Source: an uncultured Gammaproteobacteria bacterium (GTDB lineage: Bacteria; Patescibacteriota; Patescibacteriia; UBA1558; GWA2-36-10). From it: DNA of 51,705 bases. Below are positions 40,110-49,385 of this stretch, one piece after another. Below the pieces are notes generated by a model. The model did not search any database, was not told the DNA's origin, and saw only the letters and a list, made by a program, of their open reading frames with translations. The stretch spans positions 1-51,705 of the forward strand of contig CAZWYP010000001.1 in assembly GCA_964638415.1 (NCBI GenBank), in the 5' to 3' direction. Numbering within the stretch: the first letter of the stretch is position 1; every line of letters begins with the position of its first letter. The translations under genes were made by a program, and so were the position numbers.

Positions 40110-42953
40110 ATGTGGAAGAAACTATTAACAAATTTTAGATACCTGTTGTTGATAACTTTATTAGCAGTAGGGGGATCAAGCTTGGTTTTATTATTAGCCG
40201 AGGACAGTAATAGCAATACACCGGCTAACGGCTCTTTGATTAAAAGCGCCGATTCTCCCCATGTTTATTATGTGGGTGCTGACGGGCGCAAATACCCCTT
40301 TCCCAATGAAGCGACTTATTTCAGCTGGTACCATAATTTTGCCTTGGTGCAAAATGTTAGCCAAACGGTTATTGACAGCTTAACTACCGGCCCTAACTTA
40401 ACCATTCGGCCTGGTATCCGCTTTGTGAAATTTTCCGATTCCAGTCAAGTTTATGCCGTTGAGCCCGGCGGTGTTTTGCGCTGGATTCCCGACGAGCAAA
40501 TGTTTCATCGCTTAGGCTATAACTTTGATCACTTAATTGAATTGCCGCCAAGCTTAAGGGCAGATTATGTAATGGGGGAAACCTTAACCGGCCCTGCTAA
40601 TGGTAGCGTTATCCGCCAAGGACAGTTTGGTTCAATTTTCTTCGTAGAAGATGGTAAATTATTACCAACCACCTTGCGAGGCATGGAGGCTAACCGCTAT
40701 TTTCCTCATCATATTCGCATCACTGATTTTGAGCTAACCGCTAATCTTACCAGGGGTGATGTGGTTATTAGTTTTAATCCTTTTGTGTCTGGTCGCCCAG
40801 ACCAACGCTGGAATCCCATCTCCGCTGATGAAAGTCAACTTAATCCACAACAACCGGAAGAAGAGGAAGAAATTTTACCACCGGAAGAGGAGAGTAATAC
40901 CGACGTACCAGCGCCAAATAATTTTAGCGCCTCTGGGGGAGCGGTCTACGTTCAGGTTTATTGGCAAACAGTTGGTGGTCAGGACGTCACTGGTTACATG
41001 CTTTATCGATCAACCGCGCCAATTACCGATTTAAGTAATAGCAATGTTAGGCTCTTAGGAACTATTTCCCCTAGCATAAATTATTATTTGGACAGTGCCG
41101 GCGATTTAAATGAGCTAACAACTTATTACTACGCCATACGTTCAGTTACCAGTGATAATCGTTACAGCGCTTTAAGAACAGCTTCTGCTATGACCTTGGC
41201 TTCTAGTAACGGGGAAAATCAGCCAACAGCGCCAGAAGCGCCAACCAACTTTAATGCCGTTGGCGGTGAACAAAGAATAGATCTAAGCTGGAATCTATCT
41301 ATTAGCTCAGGAGTGACTAACTATCTATTATACAGAAGCTTATCACCCATCACTAATGTTTCCCACAATGGCGTAACTCAGTTGGCATCTTTAGATCCTG
41401 ATGATATTTCTTATACTGATAACAGTGTTTCTGTAGGCACAACTTATTACTATGCTTTACGTGTTTTGGCTAATAATTTATACAGCAGCATAGTAACAGC
41501 CTCTGCCACACCTTCAACCGCAGTGGCCCAGTTAGACAGAATCTTGCACTTGCCAGAACCACCGGACAATTATGTAAACCCGGATGCATTAACCTGGTCA
41601 AAAAATGCCGCCACCATGGCAGCGGCTTTGGGTATAAACAAGCTAATGGTACCAACTCGCTATTATCAAGGAGTAAATGATTTGGACCCCAGTTACGGAT
41701 CACAAGCTTGTATTAATCATGTTGGTCGTTTCTGTGGAGATTATCATGAATTCTTAGACCATGTAGATGGCCTATCTACTCCCGATGGAAGACCTGTAGA
41801 AGTGATCCTGCTTTCTGCTAAAGTCACCAAAACACCAATGACTGGTGACCCACAATTAAAAGGAGCGATTAGGCTGCAACAAATGGGAGAACAGCCTTAT
41901 GATTTCTTTTCACGCTTATCTCAAACTAGCGGTACTTTGCCGCCTGGCGGACAAGGAGAAAATCGGGCTTTTATTTCTATTAATTTTTCTGCCCCCGAGG
42001 AAAGAGACAGATTATTACGTATGACTACAAATATTTCTGGAGACAGTGTTCGTATTCGTTGGTTTCCAACTGCTTGGGGCGACGCAAAATTTGTGGACAG
42101 CGGTGTTGGACAAGCGGGATTAGGTTTAAAAAATTGGGACCTGCCCAATCCCACCATTGGTGCTAACAACCAATATTTATTAATGATTCAAAATACTGGC
42201 ACCGGAACATTAACCTGGGAAATCACTGGCTTTACAGAAACCACGCCGGGCCCCTCAACAATTAGAAATCAGGATGCAAATTATTTTGAGTGGTTGGGTA
42301 ATTCTGTGGGTTTTACTACCTATGGATATAACCATCCTCGCTATGCTCTTAATGAAACTCGCACGCGCTTCATTAATACCATGGCCACCGTGTGGAATGA
42401 ATTCAGTAACCACCCTAGCTTAATTGGATTAATGGGCTATGGTGATGAGCCTCATGCCATGTTTTGGATGCCTGAAGATACTGCTAATTTCCAAAATGCT
42501 GGACATCAATTAGCAGAGTTTGAAAAAGCCGTAGCTAATGGACAGTATGCTTTTACCCAAAGTAATTTTTTACTCTTTGGCGATCCTCGCGATCCTACTC
42601 ATAATGGTATTAGCAGTGGCGTTTATGCTTCTAATATGGCTGGGGGTGGCTTTAGTAATATGGCTTCCTACTTTAACGGCTCTGAACCAATTGATTGGGT
42701 GCTCTGGGCAGGAGCTCACAGTACCAGTCAAATATCCGGATTTACCAGTCAGGGCTTTGGCGTGTATTTAATGCAGGCCTTATATGAGAGCAATTATGCT
42801 AGCGAATTCGGTCGGTGGGTCACCGCCGCCAATGGCTTATCTGCTTCTGAGAAAGAAAGAATTAAGGGTTGGTTCTACTATACTGAACAAAGATCATCAG
42901 TCACTCAAGAAATCCTGCAATCCGCGGTCAATGCTACGCCACCTCAATTATAA
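40110..42953 (+). CDS. Large exported modular protein: CPR-type surface repeats, 2x FN3, glycoside-hydrolase-like barrel with an Ig insert
   Basis: GSLIKS..SP.VYYV..DG.KY.FPN repeats; two AP.NF.A..G...W..Y..YRS modules; NTGTGTLTW; NHPSLIG...GDEP. Confidence 0.7.
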   Translation: MWKKLLTNFRYLLLITLLAVGGSSLVLLLAEDSNSNTPANGSLIKSADSPHVYYVGADGRKYPFPNEATYFSWYHNFALVQNVSQTVIDSLTTGPNLTIRPGIRFVKFSDSSQVYAVEPGGVLRWIPDEQMFHRLGYNFDHLIELPPSLRADYVMGETLTGPANGSVIRQGQFGSIFFVEDGKLLPTTLRGMEANRYFPHHIRITDFELTANLTRGDVVISFNPFVSGRPDQRWNPISADESQLNPQQPEEEEEILPPEEESNTDVPAPNNFSASGGAVYVQVYWQTVGGQDVTGYMLYRSTAPITDLSNSNVRLLGTISPSINYYLDSAGDLNELTTYYYAIRSVTSDNRYSALRTASAMTLASSNGENQPTAPEAPTNFNAVGGEQRIDLSWNLSISSGVTNYLLYRSLSPITNVSHNGVTQLASLDPDDISYTDNSVSVGTTYYYALRVLANNLYSSIVTASATPSTAVAQLDRILHLPEPPDNYVNPDALTWSKNAATMAAALGINKLMVPTRYYQGVNDLDPSYGSQACINHVGRFCGDYHEFLDHVDGLSTPDGRPVEVILLSAKVTKTPMTGDPQLKGAIRLQQMGEQPYDFFSRLSQTSGTLPPGGQGENRAFISINFSAPEERDRLLRMTTNISGDSVRIRWFPTAWGDAKFVDSGVGQAGLGLKNWDLPNPTIGANNQYLLMIQNTGTGTLTWEITGFTETTPGPSTIRNQDANYFEWLGNSVGFTTYGYNHPRYALNETRTRFINTMATVWNEFSNHPSLIGLMGYGDEPHAMFWMPEDTANFQNAGHQLAEFEKAVANGQYAFTQSNFLLFGDPRDPTHNGISSGVYASNMAGGGFSNMASYFNGSEPIDWVLWAGAHSTSQISGFTSQGFGVYLMQALYESNYASEFGRWVTAANGLSASEKERIKGWFYYTEQRSSVTQEILQSAVNATPPQL

Positions 42954-42959
42954 CTAACA

Positions 42960-42988
42960 AAAAAACAACCTTGCTAAAAGGTTGTTTT
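42960..42988. repeat. 29-bp terminator hairpin, direct repeat copy 1
   Basis: AAAAAACAACCTTGCTAAAAGGTTGTTTT, identical to 44337-44365. Confidence 0.9.
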
Positions 42989-43070
42989 TTGATGCTCATT
43001 GACAAGGTGCTAATATTTTATTATATTTAAAAATCTTTGTTCATTGTCAACAATAAAAAGGGAGATTAAG

Positions 43071-44327
43071 ATGTGGGATCCTTATGCGGAGTTTCAATCT
43101 ACAAAGCTGGATAATGGATTAACTATATTTTCAACGCAGTGGCCTAACAAGCCATGGCAGTATGTGGGTCTGTTAATTCACAGCGGCGCCTCTTCTGACC
43201 GTGAAGGGTTAGAAGGAACTGCGCATTTTGTTGAGCATCTAATTGCTTCAAATGGACCGTTGTCAGAAAATGAGATGCAATTATTTTTCGATGAATGCGG
43301 CGGGTATGTTAATTGGGGAAGGACTGGATATCCTTACACTCATTATTTATTTTGCGTTCCGGCAGACGAGGATTTACTGAATAAGGCTTTTGGCTTTTTT
43401 GGTAACATGCTCTTGGCCGCAAAACTAAGAAATGAAATTGAAAGCCAAAGGGAGATTATTATTCAAGAGTTTCGCCAAGACTACCCCGCTAACTTCAAAT
43501 ATGAGTTGGCTGTGCGGGAATACCAATCTATGTATCCCCAACATTGGCTATCTCGCTTCACCACGCCTTTGGGTAATTTGGACTCACTCGGGAAAATAAC
43601 CCCCAACGATCTGCAGACATATTATGACAAGCACTATGTGCCTGCTAATATTAGCGTGATTAGCGTTGGCGGTATGGCGCTAAAGGACTTAACGTCTTTG
43701 ATAGCAAAAAGCCCTTTGGCCGCAGATAAACCTGGCTTAAGAAATCCTCTGCCCGTACGCTTCACTGATGTTGCCAAACCAACTGAATCTCGCTATGTGT
43801 TTGATGCTTCAAAACACATAAAAGATCCAAATCTTGCGACATGCTCTTACTACACTGTTGCTAAAATTCCCGCCAGCATAAACGTGCGCGTTGTACGGCT
43901 TCTGCGCGATATGCTTAACGAGATTTTGTACAGAGAAGTCAGACAGAAAAGAAATTGGACATACAGCATAAGTTGCGACTATGGAGACTTGGGCAATTTT
44001 TATGTTTTTTCCATCAACTGCGGATTTTTGGATCTTGGTGCACTAAATGAAATAGACCAAGTTGTTGAAGCATGCCTAAGCTCTTTAACCAGTTCTCATG
44101 AGTTGTTCTACAAAATGAAAAAAGCCTGGTTAACTGGTAACCTGATGATTGATGTTTCTGGACAAGGCCTACTTAACGATGCTTTGGATGATCTAATTGG
44201 TTACCATCGCATTGTGTCAATATCTGAGGTCAATCGTGAAATTGAGAACGTCACAATGGATGATATTGTGGAAACTCTTTCGTGGTTAACCACTGAAAGA
44301 AGATGGACGCTGATCACTAAACCTTAA
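43071..44327 (+). CDS. M16 (insulinase-family) metallopeptidase
   Basis: LDNGL, GTAHFVEHL (HxxEH), downstream IIIQE. Confidence 0.88.
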   Translation: MWDPYAEFQSTKLDNGLTIFSTQWPNKPWQYVGLLIHSGASSDREGLEGTAHFVEHLIASNGPLSENEMQLFFDECGGYVNWGRTGYPYTHYLFCVPADEDLLNKAFGFFGNMLLAAKLRNEIESQREIIIQEFRQDYPANFKYELAVREYQSMYPQHWLSRFTTPLGNLDSLGKITPNDLQTYYDKHYVPANISVISVGGMALKDLTSLIAKSPLAADKPGLRNPLPVRFTDVAKPTESRYVFDASKHIKDPNLATCSYYTVAKIPASINVRVVRLLRDMLNEILYREVRQKRNWTYSISCDYGDLGNFYVFSINCGFLDLGALNEIDQVVEACLSSLTSSHELFYKMKKAWLTGNLMIDVSGQGLLNDALDDLIGYHRIVSISEVNREIENVTMDDIVETLSWLTTERRWTLITKP

Positions 44328-44336
44328 TCTAATAAC

Positions 44337-44365
44337 AAAAAACAACCTTGCTAAAAGGTTGTTTT
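44337..44365. repeat. 29-bp terminator hairpin, copy 2 (terminator of the tRNA-Leu/Val operon)
   Basis: Identical to 42960-42988; 10 nt past the tRNA-Val 3' end. Confidence 0.9.
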
Positions 44366-44375
44366 ATTTTATCTC

Positions 44376-44452
44376 TGGTGGGTCCGAGAGGAGTTGAACC
44401 TCTGACCTCCACAATGTCAATGTGGCGCTCTAACCAACTGAGCTACGAACCC
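44376..44452 (-). tRNA. tRNA-Val(GAC)
   Basis: Cloverleaf; anticodon loop TTGACAT; encoded CCA. Confidence 0.95.
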
Positions 44453-44461
44453 TTGTTTTTA

Positions 44462-44546
44462 TGGTGCCGGAGAAGGGACTTGAACCCCCACGCCTTGCGG
44501 CACATGGTCCTAAGCCATGCGTGTATACCAATTTCACCACTCCGGC
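44462..44546 (-). tRNA. tRNA-Leu(TAG)
   Basis: Class II cloverleaf; anticodon loop CTTAGGA; encoded CCA. Confidence 0.95.
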
Positions 44547-44647
44547 GAAAATTAAACACATATATTTATACTTTAAAAAAAAGAAAAAGTCAATGTAAAG
44601 AAAAAGGGCGAAGTATTTCTACTTCGCCCTCATCGGTCACAATGTCA

Positions 44648-45769
44648 TCATCTCTTGGGGAAGAGAATTTTCACTGTGCCGTCAGGCTGCCGCTCAAGAC
44701 TGACTGGCATAACCGACTCATTGCCGGTAGCTGTAATCGTAAGCTTGGCCTGTTGCTCACCATCAGGATTAATGGTGACACTGACGGTCTTTGGCTCATC
44801 CTGAGAAGGTTGAGCTGGCACCGTCACAGGTTCCTGATGAATGGTCTCGATCTGGGAAGGTAAAGTCGCCGGCGTATCCGCTGCGACTTCAGTGTTCCAT
44901 GTCCAGCCTTGAGGCACGTTGAGAACTTCCGTGCCCATGTTGCCACAAGACATCACGAAATAACGAATTTCTCCGTCGGGCATAGTGCCACGATACAAAC
45001 GAGTACCACGGCGTTCACCGCGCTCGGCATAGATACGACCGGGGCGATTCATACCGTCACCGAAAGCCATGGAATGGAGTGCATACTCTGGTGAATTCGC
45101 AGCTCCGTTAAAGAAGCCACGATCCATGTGAGTGGGTCGCTGACCGTAGAAATGCTCCACTTGACCAGCAGCAGCCGTGGGATCATTCGACATCGGCGCC
45201 GGCATCACCGCTGCATAATTGGCTGGATCTTCTTCTCGTTCTCGCTGTTGCTCTTCAGCGCTTCCATCAGACTTCGTATAGTCTTTAGCGAGAAAGTATG
45301 CAACGAAAAAGATGGCAAGAATTCCTAGAAGAATTAACAGCGGCCAGCCAGACCAATCCGACCACGATTCGCGCAACTTCGTCGACACGACCTTGGTTTG
45401 GTCTGAGGTAACTGAATCGGACATTGACCACAGCGGATCCGACGGGACTGTCTGGGCTTTCATCTGACTGTTCTGAAGGTGCCTTTCAGCAATCCGCCAG
45501 AAACAATTGCGTCGACCATAAATGGTATCAGCCGAGGATACGGCGTAGACCAAGTAAACATCACACTCGATGCCAGGAGTGTCGGGATTGTCAGCCGGCA
45601 CTTTAACTAGATCACCCGGCATAACCAGGTCCGGGTTTGGATGCAAGTCACGGTTCAGTAGAACCATAGCATCCTTCAGCTGGTCTATCTCGTAGACCGT
45701 CGGCTGATACGCCCACGCTACCGTTGCGGTGACTAAAGCCACCATCATCAGGATAAAACCTCGTCTCAT
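44648..45769 (-). CDS. Exported/membrane protein with a LysM-like N-terminal module
   Basis: Signal peptide; VMPGDLVKVP and CFWRIAE resemble LysM; one TM; unknown cytoplasmic domain; GGAGG SD. Confidence 0.6.
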   Translation of the reverse strand: MRRGFILMMVALVTATVAWAYQPTVYEIDQLKDAMVLLNRDLHPNPDLVMPGDLVKVPADNPDTPGIECDVYLVYAVSSADTIYGRRNCFWRIAERHLQNSQMKAQTVPSDPLWSMSDSVTSDQTKVVSTKLRESWSDWSGWPLLILLGILAIFFVAYFLAKDYTKSDGSAEEQQREREEDPANYAAVMPAPMSNDPTAAAGQVEHFYGQRPTHMDRGFFNGAANSPEYALHSMAFGDGMNRPGRIYAERGERRGTRLYRGTMPDGEIRYFVMSCGNMGTEVLNVPQGWTWNTEVAADTPATLPSQIETIHQEPVTVPAQPSQDEPKTVSVTINPDGEQQAKLTITATGNESVMPVSLERQPDGTVKILFPKR

Positions 45770-45951
45770 TATGAGACCTCCTATGTGAAAAGAACATTTT
45801 GGGAAACAACTGCAAGGCTCACTCTAGAATAAGACTCAATTCTCATCTATTTATTGCCTTGTACTTTGGCGTTCCCACGCTCCAAAGTAATATATAATAA
45901 TAGCATATTTTATGCCTTTTGTCAATAATATTAATGTTTATTTAGCTAATT

Positions 45952-48438
45952 TTAGCCTCTTTTCTGTTTAAAATAATATACTGTGGCTAAAATAAAAGTT
46001 AAAATTAGAATGGTCCATAGTATTTTCTTAACTGGCTTATTATTTAAAATACTATCATTGGTATTAATTTTAGTAGTGGAGTTCACAGATAAATCTTCTC
46101 CCTCCTCATTAACCATGGCTATGCCTAAGGTTTGTGGAACTAAAATATCCTTATCTGACAACGCCGTTAATTTAAATCCGGCATCAGTTTTAGCTAAAAT
46201 CCCACTAACTACAATTTCATCACCTTTTTTAATTTCCGGATTATTTAAGGTGAAACTGTTATAAACGCGAAGCTGTGAGTCGCTGTCTTTATCTTGAGCT
46301 AAATAAATATTCTTACCGGATTTTTTCACTACCGCACCTTTAACGGTTATAAAATCTCCCAACAAGTCCTCTGACAAATCCTCCACCACTAAGCTTTCCG
46401 GCTGTTCGAGGCTGTCTTGCGAATTTAAAACTAAAATATTTTCAGCAGTAGAAATTTTAATTCTAGGCAGATCACCGACACGGGAAATCTTGCCAAAAAC
46501 TTCCACTAAATCTCCTCTCTTAATAGTTGGCCATGATTTTTTACTAAAATATATTTCCAGAGTTTGAGAGAAATTCGCTTGCTGGTCAGAAAAATCTGCT
46601 AAGTACAAAACATTGCTATCTGTGCTGCTCTCTTGTAGAGAAATTCCCTGCACATAGACTTCAGAATTTTTTTCCTGTTCATAAATTTCATTAACATTCA
46701 TGGTGTTAATCTGACTTTCTACAAAGAAATCACTTCCTTGCGGCGTTGGATTAATATTAACAAACCATTCTTGATTCAAATTGTCCCAAGCATAGCTTTG
46801 GCCAGCCGGAATTTTATCATAAGCAATTTCCTGCCAAGCTTCTCCTAAAGGAGTTAACAACCTGACACTGTCACTATTATTATTTAAAGTTATTTTATTA
46901 TCCTTCCGGTCAATTATTTTATACTCTCCCGCAAGGATAATAAAATCTTCAGCAAAGGTATAAGGCTTACTGCCGCCTTCAATATCATCCAACTGCCAAC
47001 CCTTAAGATTAATTTCCTTTGAGGAGAAGTTAGCTAACTCTATCCATTCATTGTCATCAGAGCCAATGGGGTCAGGTATAAACTCTGTAATCATTAACTC
47101 GCTTAATTGCCAAGTAATCGGTTGGAGATCGGTTAAGCTTAAATTGACTTCTTTATCTATTACTTCAATAACAGCTGTTGTTTCCGCTGTTAAGCCCTCA
47201 TTATCCGTAACCATTAACTTAACTAAATAATTTCCTGGCGACTGGTAAACATGGTTTTCTTTGATTTCATCGCCATTAGTTTCATCACCAAAATCCCAAT
47301 GGTAGTTTAATTCTCCCTCTTCCGGATCAGTTGCCTCTGAACCAGACAATATCACTTGCTCCCCAGCCACTAGTTTTTCTGTTTCAATTTTAATGGCGGC
47401 CTGGGGCGGTAAATTGTCCAAAAACTGGTTGGCGTTACCTGGGGTAGGCAAGCCTGACCAAAGGAAATTATCTCCCTGGCGGGCAAAGCTTTTTCCCTCC
47501 GGCGCAGAACTGTTGTATTCAATTATCTCTATTAACTCCTCTGCTGAATTGTATAACTTAACCGCATCACCGCCGGTGTTATTCAAAGAAATACCGGTTA
47601 AACTTTTGGGTAGGGTTAAATAACTGCCGGCTGGAATCACTAAATTATTTTCTTCACTAATAGTAAAAATCCTGGCTGAATTATCTTGCAGTTTGTAGCC
47701 AGCTAACTCTATTGGTAGAAAATAGTTATTATAAATCTCAATCCACTCTTCTGTGTCAGAGCCAACAGGGTTGGGTAAAAATTCCGAGATCTGCAAATAT
47801 TGCCAAAGCGCTGGGATATTATTACCACCGCCTTCTATTGGTGGCTCTGGAGGTGTTTCTGTTTCTTCTTCCTCCTCTTCCCCTTCATTGTTATTTGGCA
47901 GACTATTTAACTGGCCTGGCGTCCCACCGCTAACAAAACTTTCCTGCCAATTAGTTTGCGTATCATCGCTGTTTAAAATGATCTTTTCCAAGCTGTTGCC
48001 AGTGCCAGCCGCGCCATAGTCTGCGCTATAATTAGTTTGCGCAAACTGCAGATCACCAAAGACCAGGGCTAGACTATCTTGCGAATTTGCTAAACTAAGG
48101 CTCGTATCAAATATGCTGCCGGTAAAGTTTGGGTAGTCCAGTAAAAATTGCTCGGCGTTGTCAGCGATGATAAAAAATTCATTAGCCGCAATAGTGGTAG
48201 TACCTTGTGCTAAATTTAAAATATGGTTACTACCATCAAAAAAACGCCAAGTGTCTCCGCTGCCGGTTAATACTGTTATTGGCTCATTGCCGGTATTATA
48301 CACTTCCACCCATTCATGGTTATCGTCCCCAGCCGGCCAGTCATACATCACCTCGGAAATAATTAAATCGCTTTCCGCTGCCTGACAACTTAAGGCTGTA
48401 ATAAAAAATAAACTAATAATAAAAATCGCTTTCTTCAT
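45952..48438 (-). CDS. Surface protein: 3x lamin-tail domain, PKD, OB folds, C-terminal TM anchor
   Basis: ISE(V/F)...EW(V/I)E repeats, LNNTGGDAVKL, YHWDFGD..HVY..PGNY.VKL.V.D. Confidence 0.85.
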   Translation of the reverse strand: MKKAIFIISLFFITALSCQAAESDLIISEVMYDWPAGDDNHEWVEVYNTGNEPITVLTGSGDTWRFFDGSNHILNLAQGTTTIAANEFFIIADNAEQFLLDYPNFTGSIFDTSLSLANSQDSLALVFGDLQFAQTNYSADYGAAGTGNSLEKIILNSDDTQTNWQESFVSGGTPGQLNSLPNNNEGEEEEEETETPPEPPIEGGGNNIPALWQYLQISEFLPNPVGSDTEEWIEIYNNYFLPIELAGYKLQDNSARIFTISEENNLVIPAGSYLTLPKSLTGISLNNTGGDAVKLYNSAEELIEIIEYNSSAPEGKSFARQGDNFLWSGLPTPGNANQFLDNLPPQAAIKIETEKLVAGEQVILSGSEATDPEEGELNYHWDFGDETNGDEIKENHVYQSPGNYLVKLMVTDNEGLTAETTAVIEVIDKEVNLSLTDLQPITWQLSELMITEFIPDPIGSDDNEWIELANFSSKEINLKGWQLDDIEGGSKPYTFAEDFIILAGEYKIIDRKDNKITLNNNSDSVRLLTPLGEAWQEIAYDKIPAGQSYAWDNLNQEWFVNINPTPQGSDFFVESQINTMNVNEIYEQEKNSEVYVQGISLQESSTDSNVLYLADFSDQQANFSQTLEIYFSKKSWPTIKRGDLVEVFGKISRVGDLPRIKISTAENILVLNSQDSLEQPESLVVEDLSEDLLGDFITVKGAVVKKSGKNIYLAQDKDSDSQLRVYNSFTLNNPEIKKGDEIVVSGILAKTDAGFKLTALSDKDILVPQTLGIAMVNEEGEDLSVNSTTKINTNDSILNNKPVKKILWTILILTFILATVYYFKQKRG

Positions 48439-48547
48439 AGTTTTTAGCTTAAGGAAAGCCTGGAGCAACAGGCCAACTCCAAACCTTCCTTAAGCTTTTG
48501 TCCCGCGCCAAATCTTCATGCCTAAAAATAAGGCGCGGGACAACTAG

Positions 48548-48949
48548 CTACTCTTCTATTTGTATTTCTTCAACGTCAATCTCTTCCTTGGCGGTTTCGT
48601 CTCCTTTAGCTTCTTTTTTACTGCCGCCCAGCATAATTAAGTCTTCCGCTACCATTTCCGTCACCAGATGCTTTTGCTGGTTCTTATCTGTCCAATTGCG
48701 ATTCTGCAAGCGACCAGACAAAAACACTCTTGATCCTTTCTTTAAGTAGGTAGTAATTATTTCTGCCAAATTACCCCAGGCCACTACCTGGTGAAAATCT
48801 GCTCTGGTTTTAATTTCCTTGGTCTTCAAATCACGCCAGCTATGATTAGTAGCCACCGTGATTAAAGCGGTGTTCTGCCCAGAGGGCAGGGTTTTGCCGA
48901 TTGGGTCTTTGGTTAAATTGCCAATCAGGTTAACTTTATTCAAATCCAT
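48548..48949 (-). CDS. ssb: Single-stranded DNA-binding protein
   Basis: LNKVNLIGNLTKDP, FHQVVAWG.LAE, KGSRVFLSGRLQNR.W; acidic tail. Confidence 0.95.
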   Translation of the reverse strand: MDLNKVNLIGNLTKDPIGKTLPSGQNTALITVATNHSWRDLKTKEIKTRADFHQVVAWGNLAEIITTYLKKGSRVFLSGRLQNRNWTDKNQQKHLVTEMVAEDLIMLGGSKKEAKGDETAKEEIDVEEIQIEE

Positions 48950-49010
48950 TGGATTCGCCTTTCTTTCCTGGTTTCTTAGGCCAGAATTACTAATTAATTA
49001 TTTATAACTA

Positions 49011-49132
49011 TTGACAAATTATCTATTTTTGACTAATATATGGATGAAGGCTGACTTTTTGTAATAAAAAAGCTAGCCCTCAAATCGCTTTTCTTCAGGA
49101 AAACCACCCAACTCGGGTGGTTTTCCTTTTTT
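49011..49132 (+). ncRNA. Candidate ~85-nt sRNA (promoter, hairpin, single-stranded seed, terminator)
   Basis: TTGACA-17-TAATAT; terminator GGAAAACCACCC-loop-GGGTGGTTTTCC-TTTTTT; no ORF on this strand. Confidence 0.45.
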
Positions 49133-49385
49133 AGTAAAAATAAAAAATTTGTCTGTTGTTATTAACAAAATCGCTTTCTTCATAAATTTTAGCAACAATA
49201 TATTTCATGTTTAACTTTCTGGCCTGTTGTTGCTTTGTTATCGCCGTCTTAATTAAATCTGGCGTCAAATATTTTTTCTATCTTAGCACTGTCAAAAATG
49301 TTGTCAAGAAAACCAGTCGATGTTGACCAATGCCTTGTTCTATGATAATAATGATTAGTTGTTTTGTTCATTACAGGAAAAACTT

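Noticed and set aside
43071-44327. M16 peptidase as the leader protease of the graspetide
   Set aside because: It is 21 kb away in a separate cassette, and nothing in the sequence links the two.
44348-44863. 171-aa plus-strand ORF
   Set aside because: Antisense to tRNA-Val, tRNA-Leu and the end of a real gene.
49073-49183. 36-aa ORF MKKAILLITT... as a real gene
   Set aside because: It runs through a terminator hairpin and has no SD; it is better treated as part of the 18-bp repeat.
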